Positions 1 to 13,067 of a stretch of DNA of 64,000 nucleotides are shown piece by piece. The notes beneath the pieces are model-generated. The model made no database searches. It saw only the letters and a list, made by a program, of their open reading frames with translations, and was not told the DNA's origin. The position numbers and the translations under genes are program-made. This stretch comes from Eledone cirrhosa (lineage: Eukaryota). How positions within the stretch are numbered: position 1 is the stretch's first letter; the number at the start of each line of letters is the position of its first letter. The DNA is taken from assembly GCA_964016885.1 (NCBI GenBank), contig OZ024745.1, forward strand, positions 98,952,001 through 99,016,000. The letters run 5' to 3'.

Positions 1-34
1 CAATGATATTGTTTCTATGTGATTGTTTTATAAT

Positions 35-147
35 AATTGGTTTTATTTTTGGCACAAGGCCAACAATTTCCCCAGTACATTACTGATGCTTTATTTTATT
101 GACCCTGTAAGGATGAAAGGCAAAGCTAACCTTGGCAGGATTTGAAT
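35..147 (-). mobile_element. tRNA-derived SINE family A, 5'-truncated
   Basis: ggcacaaggcc...gaccctgtaaggatgaaaggcaaagctaaccttggcaggatttgaa, shared with many copies in the window. Confidence 0.8.
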
Positions 148-860
148 GTTTTATAATAATAGTACATTACAGTAGTAAATGATTGTAATACACAATATTT
201 ACACTGCTGAAATTAGCACGAAGAATGAAACATGAGAATTATGATAATGTGATTGTAGGTCTGGCATTTAAATTTATGTGTAGCCCCCTCAGAAATTCCT
301 ATGGCCCCCAAATGTCCCATGTTTTCATGTGAATCCCCCCCCCCCAAAAAAAAAAATGTGATATGGCTCCCTGGGGATTGTACAGCTCATGGTTAAGAAT
401 CACTGACCTAAATGGTGTATTATGATTATTCATAGCTTCTGTATAACTCTTCACTGCACCTTTCTTCCTACCCTCTTTTTACCTCATCCTTAGACCACTG
501 ACCTCCAAACTAACTTGTTTTGCCTAGTTACCTTCTCTTCCTTCCTTTCCCTACTCTTCTTCAAACCTATTTATTCAACACTGTCAGAAAATATTTCATT
601 TTTCTCTGAAGAAAAGACCATGCCTGAAACACTACACTTCAGAGTGTGACATACTTGTTTATATTTGTCAAATTTATTTGCTGATATTTGCCAATGCAGT
701 TTCCCCATACTTAGCTTTCCATGTTGAGAAACAAACTGCCTATTTCGAAGTTGTATTTGTTTGCCAAGTGCCCTGATATGAGATTGTGTGTTGGAACTAA
801 ACCAATTGTATTGTAGCAGAGTTGTGATATCCATTTAAACATACATATACAGTTATTTAC

Positions 861-1334
861 ATATCTAAAACAGAGAATGGCTGTCTGTCTGCTTCCCTAA
901 AACTCGAGAACCACCTAACCGATTGTTTTCAAACTTTACACATGTAATACTTATGGTCCTGTGAGTGTTTTAAGAAAAAAAAATTTCAATTTTCAATGCT
1001 CTAGGGACCGCATTAGGCGATCTCTCTCTATAATTCTTAGTCTTTCTTTTTAGATAGATACATAGATATAACGTTGCGCTCTTATAATATCTGTCTGTAT
1101 GTCTGGCTGTCTGCATTACAACATTATGACGTTGCTATCTGACAGACAGACATTCTCTGTTTTAGATATATAGATATATATTAGATATATATATATAATT
1201 ATATATTCGTGTACAGATATTTTTGCATATATAAACAAACGTATTTATTTCATGAGGCTCGATAAGGATAAATATATATCAAATATATAAGACCCCTAGA
1301 GCAAATCCCAAGCTACGCCGGGCCATTCTACTAG
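861..1334 (+). mobile_element. Non-autonomous Helitron-like element
   Basis: Head atctaaaacagagaatg(g)ctgtctgtctg...aactcgagaacc; 3' end gccgggccattctaCTAG|T. Shares an internal segment (about 1190-1255) with about 26788-26866. Confidence 0.6.
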
Positions 1335-2699
1335 TATTCACTATTCTTTTATTTTGTAATAGTAGTATGTACTATTAAGTATGAAAGGCATTTTGTTGTA
1401 TATCTCCAACCTGATCACTGACACACTATTATGTTGTATACTGTGAATTGTAAACAGATAAAGAAAGGTTTAATCTAAAATATACAAAGGATAAAAAATA
1501 AAAACAACTAGTGAGATACAAAAATAACACACTTGGGAGTTTCTATATTTTTAAGGAATAACCTCGGGGGCACTTAATATTTCAGGGGACCTGGTCGTAT
1601 TTAAAAGGGAAACCTTTGTCACTATTATTTTACATTTGCTTTCCATTCTGGTATGGGTTGTTCAAATCTTGTATTAATTAATCATTATACATCTAATGAA
1701 TTTCTCACTGCAATGGTCATCAATATTACCTGGTAACTTATTTCTTCAAAATGTTTGTTGAATTCATTAAGGACAACAAAATATAATTAATCTGAATGAT
1801 TCAGACTTCATATTATAATTATTTTAAAATATCTGGAAAAATATAACCTAACATCCATTTACCATTTAATTATATATTTTTATTTATTTAGCACTAATTA
1901 AAAGCTTTTGTGTAAAAAAAGAAACAGTAGAAAATCTAGGCACTTCAAGACATTTGGTAAATTGCTGACCATTTATTTAAATTATTTAACAAGTTTCTGT
2001 TGTTAAGTAGCAAGTCAGCTCTGCTTCAAATAACTATCAAATATGAGAGGCTTTCATGCATATTTTCTCTCTCTTTAAAGTCTGTTTTCTTGCTAGCAAG
2101 GGTTGAGTGGGTCATCACAGACTATGTCAGTACTCAAGTGGAGCTACTAACCTCTCAGACAGGGGGGGGGGGGGGCTGTCTATATATCGCTTACATATGT
2201 TCCTGCTCTTTACTGAGTCCCCAGACAAGACTGAGAGTCTACATCTTGCTTACATATGCAGTATATGCAATAAATGTGCTGCCCATCATTGTCTTGAAAA
2301 AAGGAATAGTACTTATTAAATGTAGTTACAATATACCCAGGGGAAAAAAAGACTAACTCACAGCCTTTCATCATATGTGTGCTTAATTAGGGTTGACCAT
2401 TGCTAAACAATAACACATTTACTATCACAATTTATTTTAATGAAAATATTGCATGTTTTAAAAATACAATATTTTCAGTCATGATTCTATAAAACTAATT
2501 TTCTAGCAAGAATTCTTTTAAATCAAAGAAAATGCACACTCTTTCTCCCTCTCTTCAGAATATATATGTGTGTGTGTGTGTATAGCTCATGTCATATATT
2601 AGTCATGTTATCTCTGATATGATATAAGAATCAGTAGGAAAAAGTGAGTCCTACAAGTCCTTATAGTTGTAGAGCATAATCTAAAGATAAGTAATCAGC

Positions 2700-3000
2700 T
2701 TAGCTGAGCCTAATTCTAGCAATACTTGGAGTAAACATACAGAGAGTGTTAGTCCATCTCTGAATGCAGGAGTTGATGTACTATCAAGTGGTGAAGCAAC
2801 TCTGTAGCCGTTTTGGCCCCTCCACCTTCTGGCTTTGATGTTGAATGCACCATTTATTTTTGCCTGCCAGGAGACAATCAGCTTTACCATCTTTATCACC
2901 TTCCTTTTCTTGCACCTCATAACAACGTCAGCTCTTTTGGTGGTATATAAACATTCAATTTAGTGTGGCATGCGAATGAATTGTTAATTATATAGTGCAG
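2700..3000 (+). mobile_element. Possible highly degenerate CR1/Jockey-group LINE RT C-terminal fragment
   Basis: Faint echoes of YKxxVRPxLEY, LLDxxQRRAIRL and SLxxRRNVASL motifs, with frameshifts. Confidence 0.3.
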
Positions 3001-3039
3001 TTTCTGCTCAAACAGACTGGGCAATCTGGTAATTAAGTG

Positions 3040-3310
3040 CTGTAGTCATTAAGGCAGTACAACACTGGTGACAGGATATGAAATATAGACACTTGTTTCA
3101 GCATCTCCCTTATCATCCTCCGGGGAAACGTCTTCTCCATTGTCCGCCGGGACCGTGGGGCAACCTGCACATGGGACCCCATTTGCTCATAATACAGAGA
3201 GATAGGGAGAGTGAGAGAGATGGAGGCAACAACAGTGGGAGTTCGGCTCTTCCGTGTTCGGACCTGGTGTTCAGCGTCAGTTGCCTGTACGGAGGTAGTG
3301 GTTTGTACTT
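3040..3310 (+). mobile_element. CRE-clade (RLE endonuclease) non-LTR retrotransposon 3' remnant
   Basis: With a frameshift reads MKYRHL / LFQxISLIILRGNVFSIV, matching the CRE-type C-terminal motif LFQRISxAIxRGNAxSI. Similar to 43860-43905 in the opposite orientation. Confidence 0.65.
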
Positions 3311-6300
3311 AGCAAAGGTTTTTAGAACCTTGTGTTTGCAATTAAATAGCCTATCATGCCAGGAATTTAGAAGGTCCTTTTTGGTTATTATTAGACATTG
3401 AATCAAACACCCAGTTGAAATGTATGGTATAACACTATACCCAACACAATAAGATGAATATTCAAAGCTGGAATGTTTTTGAAAGGTTGGCATTATCTGC
3501 TCAGTTAGCTAGAATGTTTAAATACTATAAAACTCTTAACTCTTTTGTTACCTTATTTCTAATAAAAAATGCTACATATAATTTTCAAATGACCAAGAAT
3601 TTGGAGGAATTTAGTAATATAACTAACCTTCTCTTTATTAAGCTGGTGATAGAGGCATAGCTTAATGGTTCTTATATAAAATTATGATAGGTTTTTAGAT
3701 AAAAATAAACAGTCTTGTATGATAGAAGCAAGGATAATTTGGGCCAGTTTAGTATCAAAAGGAGTTAGAATTTACATAATGTTGGTTCCTATGGTGTGAC
3801 ATGTTATTATAGATGTTAACTAAGAAATCTAAGGACCCAAATTACAGTAGTTCTAATTACTTGTATAATTCACATACCAAAATTCAATCTGCAAAAATTT
3901 ATATTTTTCCATAAAAATAATCATCATTGTCACATAACACAGATGCTTGCATATATTTCTTAACCACAATTACACAAAGTTAAAATCTTAATACATTGCT
4001 GTTAATAAAAAATACATTGAGTCTCCATTTGATGATGACTATTCAATATTCTATTAAAATTTTGCTGTCTGTCTCTTAAAAGTCGAAAACTGTTAGGTAT
4101 AATTTTGTTTCCCGTCAAACTCTATTTACTATTGATGAGGTTATTATCAAAATACAATAAGATTTATTATAATCAAATTCCACTGCAGACAAGCTTAAGA
4201 TCTGGAACTTACCACTGTTGATGCAAAGTAACAACACCAAGTGGTTCACAAAAAATTAATTGGTCTAGAGAAAATTCATGCTGAAGAAAAATCTAGTTCT
4301 TAAATAAAACAAATATTATATTCAAATATATTTGTAATAACATTTAAAAAAAAAAATCTAAGATGTCTGATGGAAGCAAAAAGAAAAAAGAAAATGAAAA
4401 CTAACATACAGGAAAGAAGAAAATTATGCTATCACACATAGGCATTCATTCACACACAGGTTAATTCTACCTTGTCAAGAGCAATGAAATTAACAACAGT
4501 TGCATTGGCAATGAATGAGTTACTATGCTCATGTCAAAATAGGATCAGTGCAACATTATTGAATAGACTACCACTTTATGGAAACCATAGAAATAGAGAA
4601 TATTGTGAATTTGGAAAGAAGACCATCAAGAATCAACTTTAAAAGCTATCATATCTTATTGCTTTAGATTTTACAAACACAAAGAGCAATCAGACTGACA
4701 AATGTAAATAGGCAGAGAAGACCTAACTTGCAGAATTACGTTCATTTGAATATATTGGAAGTTGATAGCAGGAAAATAGTATCTAGAAATCTATGTCATC
4801 CAAAAAGAAATGAAGAACAAAAGAGGAAATGTTTTAGCTATTGGCAGCATAGTCATTTCATTTGAATATAAGTCTATTGATTTAGAATATGTTAAAATAT
4901 TTGATCATATAGTAAAGATCAGAAAACTTTCCTAATTAAAAAGGAAGATAAAAGAGATCATATTTCTAATATGAACTATAAATCTGACTGCTGTTACTAC
5001 ATCAATAAGAATAAACTCTTAACATCCTGTACTGCATGCAACTTGCCCGACATTGAAAAGTGGAAATCAGTAGTATGACAGCATCATATTAATGTCTTTA
5101 CTCAAATACTACAACTCTTCACAATGTAAAGATACTATAAATATTTGAATTAAACTCTCATTTTTAGATATTTTCATTTTCTGCTAAATCATTACAGAAT
5201 GTGAAGGGTTACAACTATTTATGCTGATTTCCTTAAAAAGCATGAATTATTAGGGAAACAGTTAAAAAGAATGCAATTCAATGCCTACAGCTACACATGA
5301 AGCAAACATCTAAGAGCCAGGTGTTAAAATATATTCTGAATGACAAACTGGATCATAAATAAATACTGCATCTGTAATAGAGAACTACATTGCAAAAGAA
5401 TTTAATGAGATGTCAGTTGTTAATCTTCAGATAATCAATAATTAAATATGTTTACTCAATCAGTTAACAATGAAAGGAAGTTTAATTTTCGGTGTGCATT
5501 CTCATACAACTAGCTGTCTTTTTGTATATCTTAGACTACCTTATCCAACTTGTTAGTGTGTGATTTGGCCCATTTTTCTAGCAGACTGTGTAACCATATA
5601 AAGGCTCTCTTGTTGATTCAATTTTTCATAGTAAAACTACAAAGTAAATAAAATAAGAGCTTCAAAATAAAATTAACATGTTGAAAAAATTAGGCTAGAG
5701 GGTTGTACATTTGAAATGTTTCCTTTAATGATGACTATAAAAAATGTTGATTATCAGTTACTTTGATAAAATTTCTTTTTAGCTCTAAGTTGTATTAAAG
5801 GGAAGAAAAATGTAATCATTTTAAACAGTCCCAGTAAAATTATTACACACTTATGAAGTGGTGTTTTCATTGATGAGTCATAACTCTAGAATTCATCACA
5901 CAAAATATAGAAGAGAGGTACGTTTTGCAGTATTAAGTGTGATAAATTGATTTAAACTATTTTGTGTCAATCAGATTTCAGCAAGCAGATAATATAATTT
6001 AGGCTTGCAACAGGGAATTATGAGGAAGTCTGCTGTAATTTGCCAGATAAAAGATGTTGTCCCTACACCACTATATTTTTTATTTAAAAAAAAAATTTTT
6101 TTTAAAAGAAAATGTAGACAGCTGCCATGTGTAGTATTAATTGATTAAGAAGAAAATTTCAATGTAAACATGCAGTTAAACTTAGAAACATTCTTTCTCT
6201 CACAAGTGAAGTGTTTCCTAAAGTGGGTTCTGCTAGACTTTTAATTTAATGAACATTATCATATTTGTTGTTTTTTTTTTATATATGAATAAATTCTCTC

Positions 6301-6952
6301 TAAAACAATTTTTGTTTCATTTAATGTATTTAAAAAATTAAGCTGCTGGGATTGGTGGTGGTGGTGGTGTTTGGGGGGTGGCAAGGAAAATCCTATAAGT
6401 GTTTTGCAATAAAATAAGTTTGGAAATCACTGCTGTTGTCTGTGCTTAATTCTTAACGTCCTGTACCACACGAAACCACATTAGCAAGATATTCTTGAAA
6501 AGAGTGTATCAATATCAGCACTATGTCAACAGCTCATTTACTTAGTTTACTGCAAATTTTCACAAAGAACTGTTCACTAATAAAGACACTATAGACATTT
6601 GAATTAACAAAGCAGTTTTTAGATTTTTTTTTTTCTTGCTAAAACCTTACCTATAAAGAGTTAAAATATAAAAAAAAAAAAAAGGAAAGTTTTGCATTAA
6701 GAAGACAGCTCTGTAACAAAATGTAATGAATTATCACAAGACAAATTTCATGGGCTGATTAAAACCCTTTCAGTTTTACATCTCTTCACTACCATCTGTG
6801 ACAGTTATGTCACAATATGATGTTAAATGATAGTGAAATTATTCAAAGATAAACAACTACTTTATATTTATAAATAAGAAATATATGAAAAAATATAAAA
6901 GTAAGAATAGGAAACATCGACAATATATAAAGCAAAATTGAATCCTGTTTAT

Positions 6953-6966
6953 ATACACATACACAC

Positions 6967-7023
<57 letters not shown>

Positions 7024-7050
7024 TATATATATATATATACATACATATGT
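6953..7050. repeat. (CA)n/(TA)n microsatellite
   Basis: Read directly. Confidence 0.95.
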
Positions 7051-8470
7051 ATGTGTGCGTATGTGTATTAGTAGGTCAGATTAATAAATAGATCTGAATA
7101 GAGAATAAGCAAAATTAATGAAAAAATATCTAAAGAAGAAAATATCAAGGAATGTTCAAGTCTTTTTTTTTTTTTAAATATAGAAAAATATTCAAATAGT
7201 ACAACACTGAAACTTGTAGCTATTTAGTGCACAGATGAGACAATAAATGGATAGAAAATAATTTAAATACCCCTACATATTAAATGTATGCATGTGTATG
7301 TATGTGATATACATGTGCATATATATATATATATATATATACATGGAGTGGTATATTTTCTCTGTATATATAAAATTAGTAAAATTGTCCATATAGATGA
7401 AAAGTCAAACATCTCGTTAGAATGTCTCAGATAGGTGACAAACGGAAGGCATTTCATCTGTAGTTAAAATTATGTAAACCAAACTTTCTAACACTACAAC
7501 AATGCATAATTGTTAGATAATAATAAGATTTAAAGAGAATTTTAATAGCTGTCTTTTTATTTGAATCATTGCTATTGAAATACATTCAACAATTTTGTTG
7601 AGTGACGTTTGGGGGGAAATCGTATCTTTATTATATTGGTCAACTAGTAAGCAAGCTAGCAATCAATATTTCAAGTTTTCTCATTGAATACATTGTGAGG
7701 TATGTAGAGTAAAAAGATTAAACAGATTTAGTTGGCTGGCTAAGACACTGAGTACTATATATGGAATTAACAATTGAACAGCTTTGGATTGATGGAACAT
7801 TGCAGTTCTCCACAGAATTGTTCTGAATTATTATATTTATTCTGAAACAGACGTTATAAACTACATATGTCTAGCCCAGGTTGGACAGTTCTTATAACAT
7901 TTTATCTACTTTTGTAACTACTATTAAAAAGAACCGAAAGAAGCTGGCAAGGGGTGTAGTGGTGTGTTTACTTTTTACTTTTAAATGGTAATAAACTTTG
8001 CAGCAAAACATTTAAGTAATAGTTGATAAAATGAATTGCTTGCTAATATGTTTTCTATGTTGAATGAATGCAATAAGATAGCAGATAATTCTGTAGATAA
8101 AGTCAAATAAATATATTGTGTGGAATATGTTGGAAAGAGTGAAATTTAGTGAAAAGAAAAATTGCATACATGATATGAGAAAAGAGCAAAGCATGATAAA
8201 ATATAAACATTTTTAAAAATGTTCAATAAGGAATGAAAAGCATGAAAAAACGTGAAAGTTGTTAAAGTATTAAATAAAAAAAATAATAAGCATGACGAAG
8301 CAAAACAAAATAAAACTGGGTGAACTAAAACAACTAAAATAACAGGCAGACAGACAGACAAACACATTACATAAACCATATCACCTCAACCATGGAACCA
8401 TAACAAAATTAATTTACAATAGTAAGTAGGTGTAAGTAGTAAATAGTAGGCTTGGACCAGACTGCACTAC

Positions 8471-8566
8471 CTGAATGATATCGGTTGTCCTCTCGGGTGA
8501 GCCTTCGATGTGCTCTTCGCTGAGCGGCAGTCGAAGGACTTGGGGCGCTGGGACCTGCTGATGATG
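8471..8566 (-). CDS. DIP2: DIP2 homologue, next coding exon (96 nt, phase 1-1): (A)SSAGPSAPSPSTAAQRRAHRRLTREDNRYHS
   Basis: Long pyrimidine tract, then ccactcag|CATC...CATTCAG|gtagtg. GC-rich island in AT-rich DNA. RRxxRRxTRxxxRYHS matches the invertebrate DIP2 segment before E-x-R-x-EAVQQAL. Phase fits the 54993-55064 exon. Confidence 0.88.
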
Positions 8567-11500
8567 CTGAGTGGGAAAAGAATAAAAATAAACAAAAAAA
8601 TAGTAAGGCCTGATAACATTTGGTCGTTAATTGGTGTTAGCCATCATGGCTATAAAAGTAGAGGAAGAGAGAGAGAACGATGAAGGTGGATATTAGGATA
8701 CTAAGGCTGAGTAGAAAAGAGAGAAGGGGAGATAAAAGGATGTTAATTAAAAGTAGAGGAGGAAAAGGGGCATAAAATGATATTAATTAAAACTTACATA
8801 ATCAAATAACAGCCTGTTGATGTGTTTTTATATAATGATTACTTAACCACTAAAGTTAGATCTTCCTATGTATACATATTTTCCAATAAAATACAAATTC
8901 CACTAAATTATAAATCATCAGTCTAATGATTTAAAAAAAATTAAAGTTATTGATTGCTTTCTTGGGCCATTGGGTCAATCACAAGCTTTTAATTCTTTAA
9001 TACTTTTGAACTAATTTAACTCTCCCTTAATCTTTAATCTAAACATGAAACTGCTAAAAATGCAAATAACCAAAAATATCCAATAAAACAAAAACGTAAC
9101 TGCCTAGCAAAATTTGAATGCCAGAAAGAAGACCCTATAAAATGAGAGAACCAAAATTAAAAGGGGAGAAAAACTGCATGCTATGATGCAGTTAAGGAAA
9201 CGGTTAATTTTTGCTATTTTCTTTTTTGTTTGGAAACATGAGATACATGTAATAGGAAAATGCCCCTAACAAAGAGAAGCAATTATCATTTTATCAACTT
9301 ATAAAATAATAGAGGTTCTCTATGTAAATCTGAACTACAGACAGGCTTTAGAAAGATTGATAAGGAATCTTTGCTGACTTAGAATTTTGAAAGTAAGTTC
9401 CAGCAGAAAGGGTAACATTTTGTGAAAATCAGAATGATATATGTAACTAGCAATTAAGTTTGTTAAGAATATAAATGGTGGGGAAGGGAGATGGTGGCGA
9501 AGGGAGATATAAAGAAGGAATATATGATAGTTGAAATAAATAATGAAAGATGTTGAAAATTAATTGCAAAAAGATCTGGAAAGAAATCTCAAGAATTTAG
9601 CCAGAAAGAAATTCCTCTTATTTCAGCAACTATGTATTGGAATGGTTTAAAAGACTAGAATGAATAATGATTTGCTATGTTGTGAGAATGTTAAGTAATC
9701 ACACAAAGCACAAATATAGCATGGGTAAGTGAACTTTTAATATAGCAATTTTCGGTGGGGAGAGCAGTTTTGACAACCAAAAAATGCAGAAGATGATTTA
9801 TCATGCACCTTGGGAATAACAGCATACAAAGATGGGGTGGGTTCATTTCTAATAAATTACAAATCAAATTCTAGCAATTTTCAGTTGATGCTTTGGAAAA
9901 ATCTGGAAAAAGATGTCTAACAACTCTATGGAAGGAATATTTTGCTTCTGCTAGCACAAGTAACAATAAATGAAGCTGTATGCAATTTTATAACAAACTA
10001 CATCAAGAAGAATACCATCTGATTCCAGACATGATGTATGTATGTGTGCAATCACAAATCATTACAAAACAAGTTATCTTTAATTGGAACATTGTGAAAG
10101 CTACAAAATTCTATTCATTCTAATTAATGGATTTTAATTAATTTACTCAAATTAATTAATTATACATATATCCATTTGAAATAACCTTAATGATTTTTAT
10201 AGAGGGTTATTTAATTAATTTAAATATGGCTAGGTTTATTAATGATTTAATTTACATTAACTAGGGTTTTACATTTACATAAACTAGTGTTTCATAGTTT
10301 TCTGATAAAATTGATTCCTATTATAATAAATATGCCACTAGATTCATGAAGATAAATGCTATGGGATTGCACAAGGAATAAATTTGGTACAAAATTAGTT
10401 CAACAATAAGAACACTAAACACAATTTAAAAGATTAACAGTTAATAGAATGTGTAAAATTTTATTTTAAAAACATGAAAACAATGTGAAGATTGCAGAGA
10501 AACAAAAATCGTGATTAAAAAACAAACAAGAAAAATATAAACATCTTAAAAAGTAAATAAATATCATTAAAATAGAAAAACATTATCAATTGAAATAATC
10601 TTCAACTAACAATGCAAACATTGAACAAAAAAGAAGCAGGTTATGTTTGTCATTTCTTATATATATATATATAAAATTAGCTGTTAGTCAGAACCCAAAG
10701 GCTTATTAAGAGAGAGTGTGAAAGTACATGAAATTTGATGCTTTAAATACCAACCTACCCAAAACTGTCTCTATTAAAGAATTTAAATTTAAATTCATAC
10801 CCTGGACTGAACTCTTGTTATTACATAACAAGCAATATTAATTTTCAGTCAATAAAAATCTGTTTCATTTTTTTTTAAATTAATAAATTGAAAGTTGGTT
10901 ATTTCATTAAACATCTAATAATTCTCAATTATTTTGATAATTAGAACAGAAAAGCAGTAGATTCTGAGATATATAGTCACAAAGGGGTTAGAGTAGTATG
11001 TTCTTTTATAAGGGGAAACCACATGGAATCGGTATGATTTTTTCAGACAATTATTGTCTGAAAAACCATACTAGTTCCAGTATCTATCATGGATTTGTTG
11101 TTTTGTTCCAAGTCAGCCCTGACTGAGCTAACTTATGATCAAAGTCATTCCAACCACAGCCATTATATCAGGGCAACATTACAAGACAGTGGGTATGATT
11201 TGAAAGAGAATTGGTTGTTTCATCTAGCAGATTGAGCAATCATACAGAAGCCTCCTTGTTGTCTCTCATCATTTTCTATTGATATAGTAGGAAGTGTGTT
11301 TGTTCAAGTTTGACAAAGTACAGATTTTATTGTGTGTGTATGTGTGAGAGAAAGGGAGAGAGAGAGAGAGAGAGAGAAAAGGAGAGAGAGAGAGCAAGCG
11401 AGCAACAGAGAGAACAAGAGCAATTATTAGAGGAACTGTTCTTTCCCAAACCTTTGGGTGACAATGTTTATGCTTATAGTAATAAGTGCAAATATTAAAC

Positions 11501-11932
11501 TAAAGAAATGTATATATAAATTTGAGTGACTTCCGTCTGTCACACAACGTGTGTTTGTGTGAATGTATGTGTGTGTGTGTGTGTAAAAGGAAGGAAGGGG
11601 ATAGTGAAAAAAACTATAGCAAAACAGCGGCTGGTGTTCCATTTGCTACGTGTGTGTGAGTGTATGTGTATGTGTGAATGTATGTCTGTGAGTGTGTTTT
11701 TGTAAGTGTATGTGTTTGCGTATTTATATTTATATACTCATAAATGTATGCATATGCACATACACATACGCGTCAGCGTGTTGAATAGAATTCTAGTAAC
11801 AAAAATTTCACTATTTTTTTTTTAGAGGATTCACATATTTTGATGTTTACAAGATTTAATACCGAAATTATGTATAGAAAATTAAATAAAAAACTAAACA
11901 AAATGCATTTTTCAGTTAAAATACATGTTTAA

Positions 11933-12145
11933 CCCTTTAATATTCAAACCGCCCAAAACCAGCCAGAATTCTCTACCTTTTTCTGTTGAAACTGGCTGTA
12001 ACTGGTCACTCAAACTGATGTTAAGGTATTGTTCTCAAAATAAATACTTTCAAAATCTCATAGATTCGATATTATGTGAGGTAATTATGTGAGGTAAAGC
12101 CTTTACCTATAATACTATATATAGAGTAATGTGAATGCTAAAGGG
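11933..12145 (-). mobile_element. piggyBac-type MITE
   Basis: TTAA|CCCTTTA...TAAAGGG|TTAA; reverse complement of 12435-12642. Confidence 0.85.
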
Positions 12146-12219
12146 TTAAATAAGAATAAGTAAATCTAACACTGAAAAAATAAAGTTTAGAATTGACTTA
12201 AGATTACATTACAAATAAT

Positions 12220-12405
12220 TGTTTCTACTTTTAGGCACAAGGCCAGCAATTAACCAATGCATTACTGGTACTTTATTTTATCGACCCCGTAAGGATGAAA
12301 GGCAAAGTCAACCTCGGCGGGATTTGAACTCAGATCGTAAAGGGACGTAACTATGCTGGAAAGCATGGCGTCCGACCTCTACCGATACTGCCAATCTACC
12401 GCCCT
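12220..12405 (-). mobile_element. Full-length tRNA-derived SINE family A with 17-bp TSD
   Basis: A box TGGCAGTATCGG, B box GAGTTCAAATCC. Central gcctttcatccttacggggtcgataaaataaagtaccag resembles the Meta/MESC SINE domain as I recall it. TSD attacattacaaataat at 12203-12219 and 12406-12422. Confidence 0.9.
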
Positions 12406-12434
12406 ATTACATTACAAATAATGGTATATTTTAA

Positions 12435-12642
12435 CCCTTTAGCATTTACATTACTCTATATATGCTATTGTATTTTTATGGTAAAAGCTTTATCTCACAT
12501 AATATCGAATTTATGAAGTTTTGATATTATTTATTTTGAGAACAATACCTTAACATCAGTATGAGTGGTTGGTTACAGTTGATTTGAACAGAAAAGGGTG
12601 AAAGAATTCTGGCCAGATATGGCTGGTTTAAATGCTAAAGGC
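12435..12642 (+). mobile_element. piggyBac-type MITE
   Basis: TTAA|CCCTTTAGCATTTA...TAAATGCTAAAGGC|TTAA; same family as 39145-39363. Confidence 0.85.
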
Positions 12643-13067
12643 TTAAGTAAAGTGTACCAATGTACACAGTATAGTCAGGATAGAATTGGAGCAGGACATA
12701 ATTTGATTTTAAAAAGACAACAGGAGTTTGCAGCAGCAGCTGACTCAAAGTGACCCAGGTTCATTTAAAGAGTTTTCAGAAATATAGCCATCCAACATTA
12801 TAATGGTTTCCACGATGTTTGATTGAGAAATGGAAGGTAGAAATCAAGTTAACAAAAAGAAAATATTCCACAGATTTGCTAGAACATCAGACAAAACAAC
12901 TTAGAACATATTTTTAATACAAATCTCACAGAGGTGAACTTTGCCTTTCTAAGGTCAATCAGATGAGAACCAGTCAAGTACTGGGGTCAATATGACCTAC
13001 TACCGCCTACTCCCATTCACCCAAAAATGTGTGACCTTGTGGCTAACTTAGAAATCATTAAAGTAGT

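Noticed and set aside
571-834. 87-aa minus-strand ORF as the next DIP2 exon
   Set aside because: No EAVQQAL or PMPSKR motif and no convincing splice sites.
3030-3170. Minus-strand gtgcag|GT... reading CPTVPADNGEDVSPEDDKGDAE... as a DIP2 exon
   Set aside because: It is the antisense of the CRE remnant, has no pyrimidine tract and shows no DIP2 similarity.
12220-12405. A/B-box sequences as tRNA genes
   Set aside because: They are SINE heads: multi-copy, attached to a shared body and tail, with TSDs.
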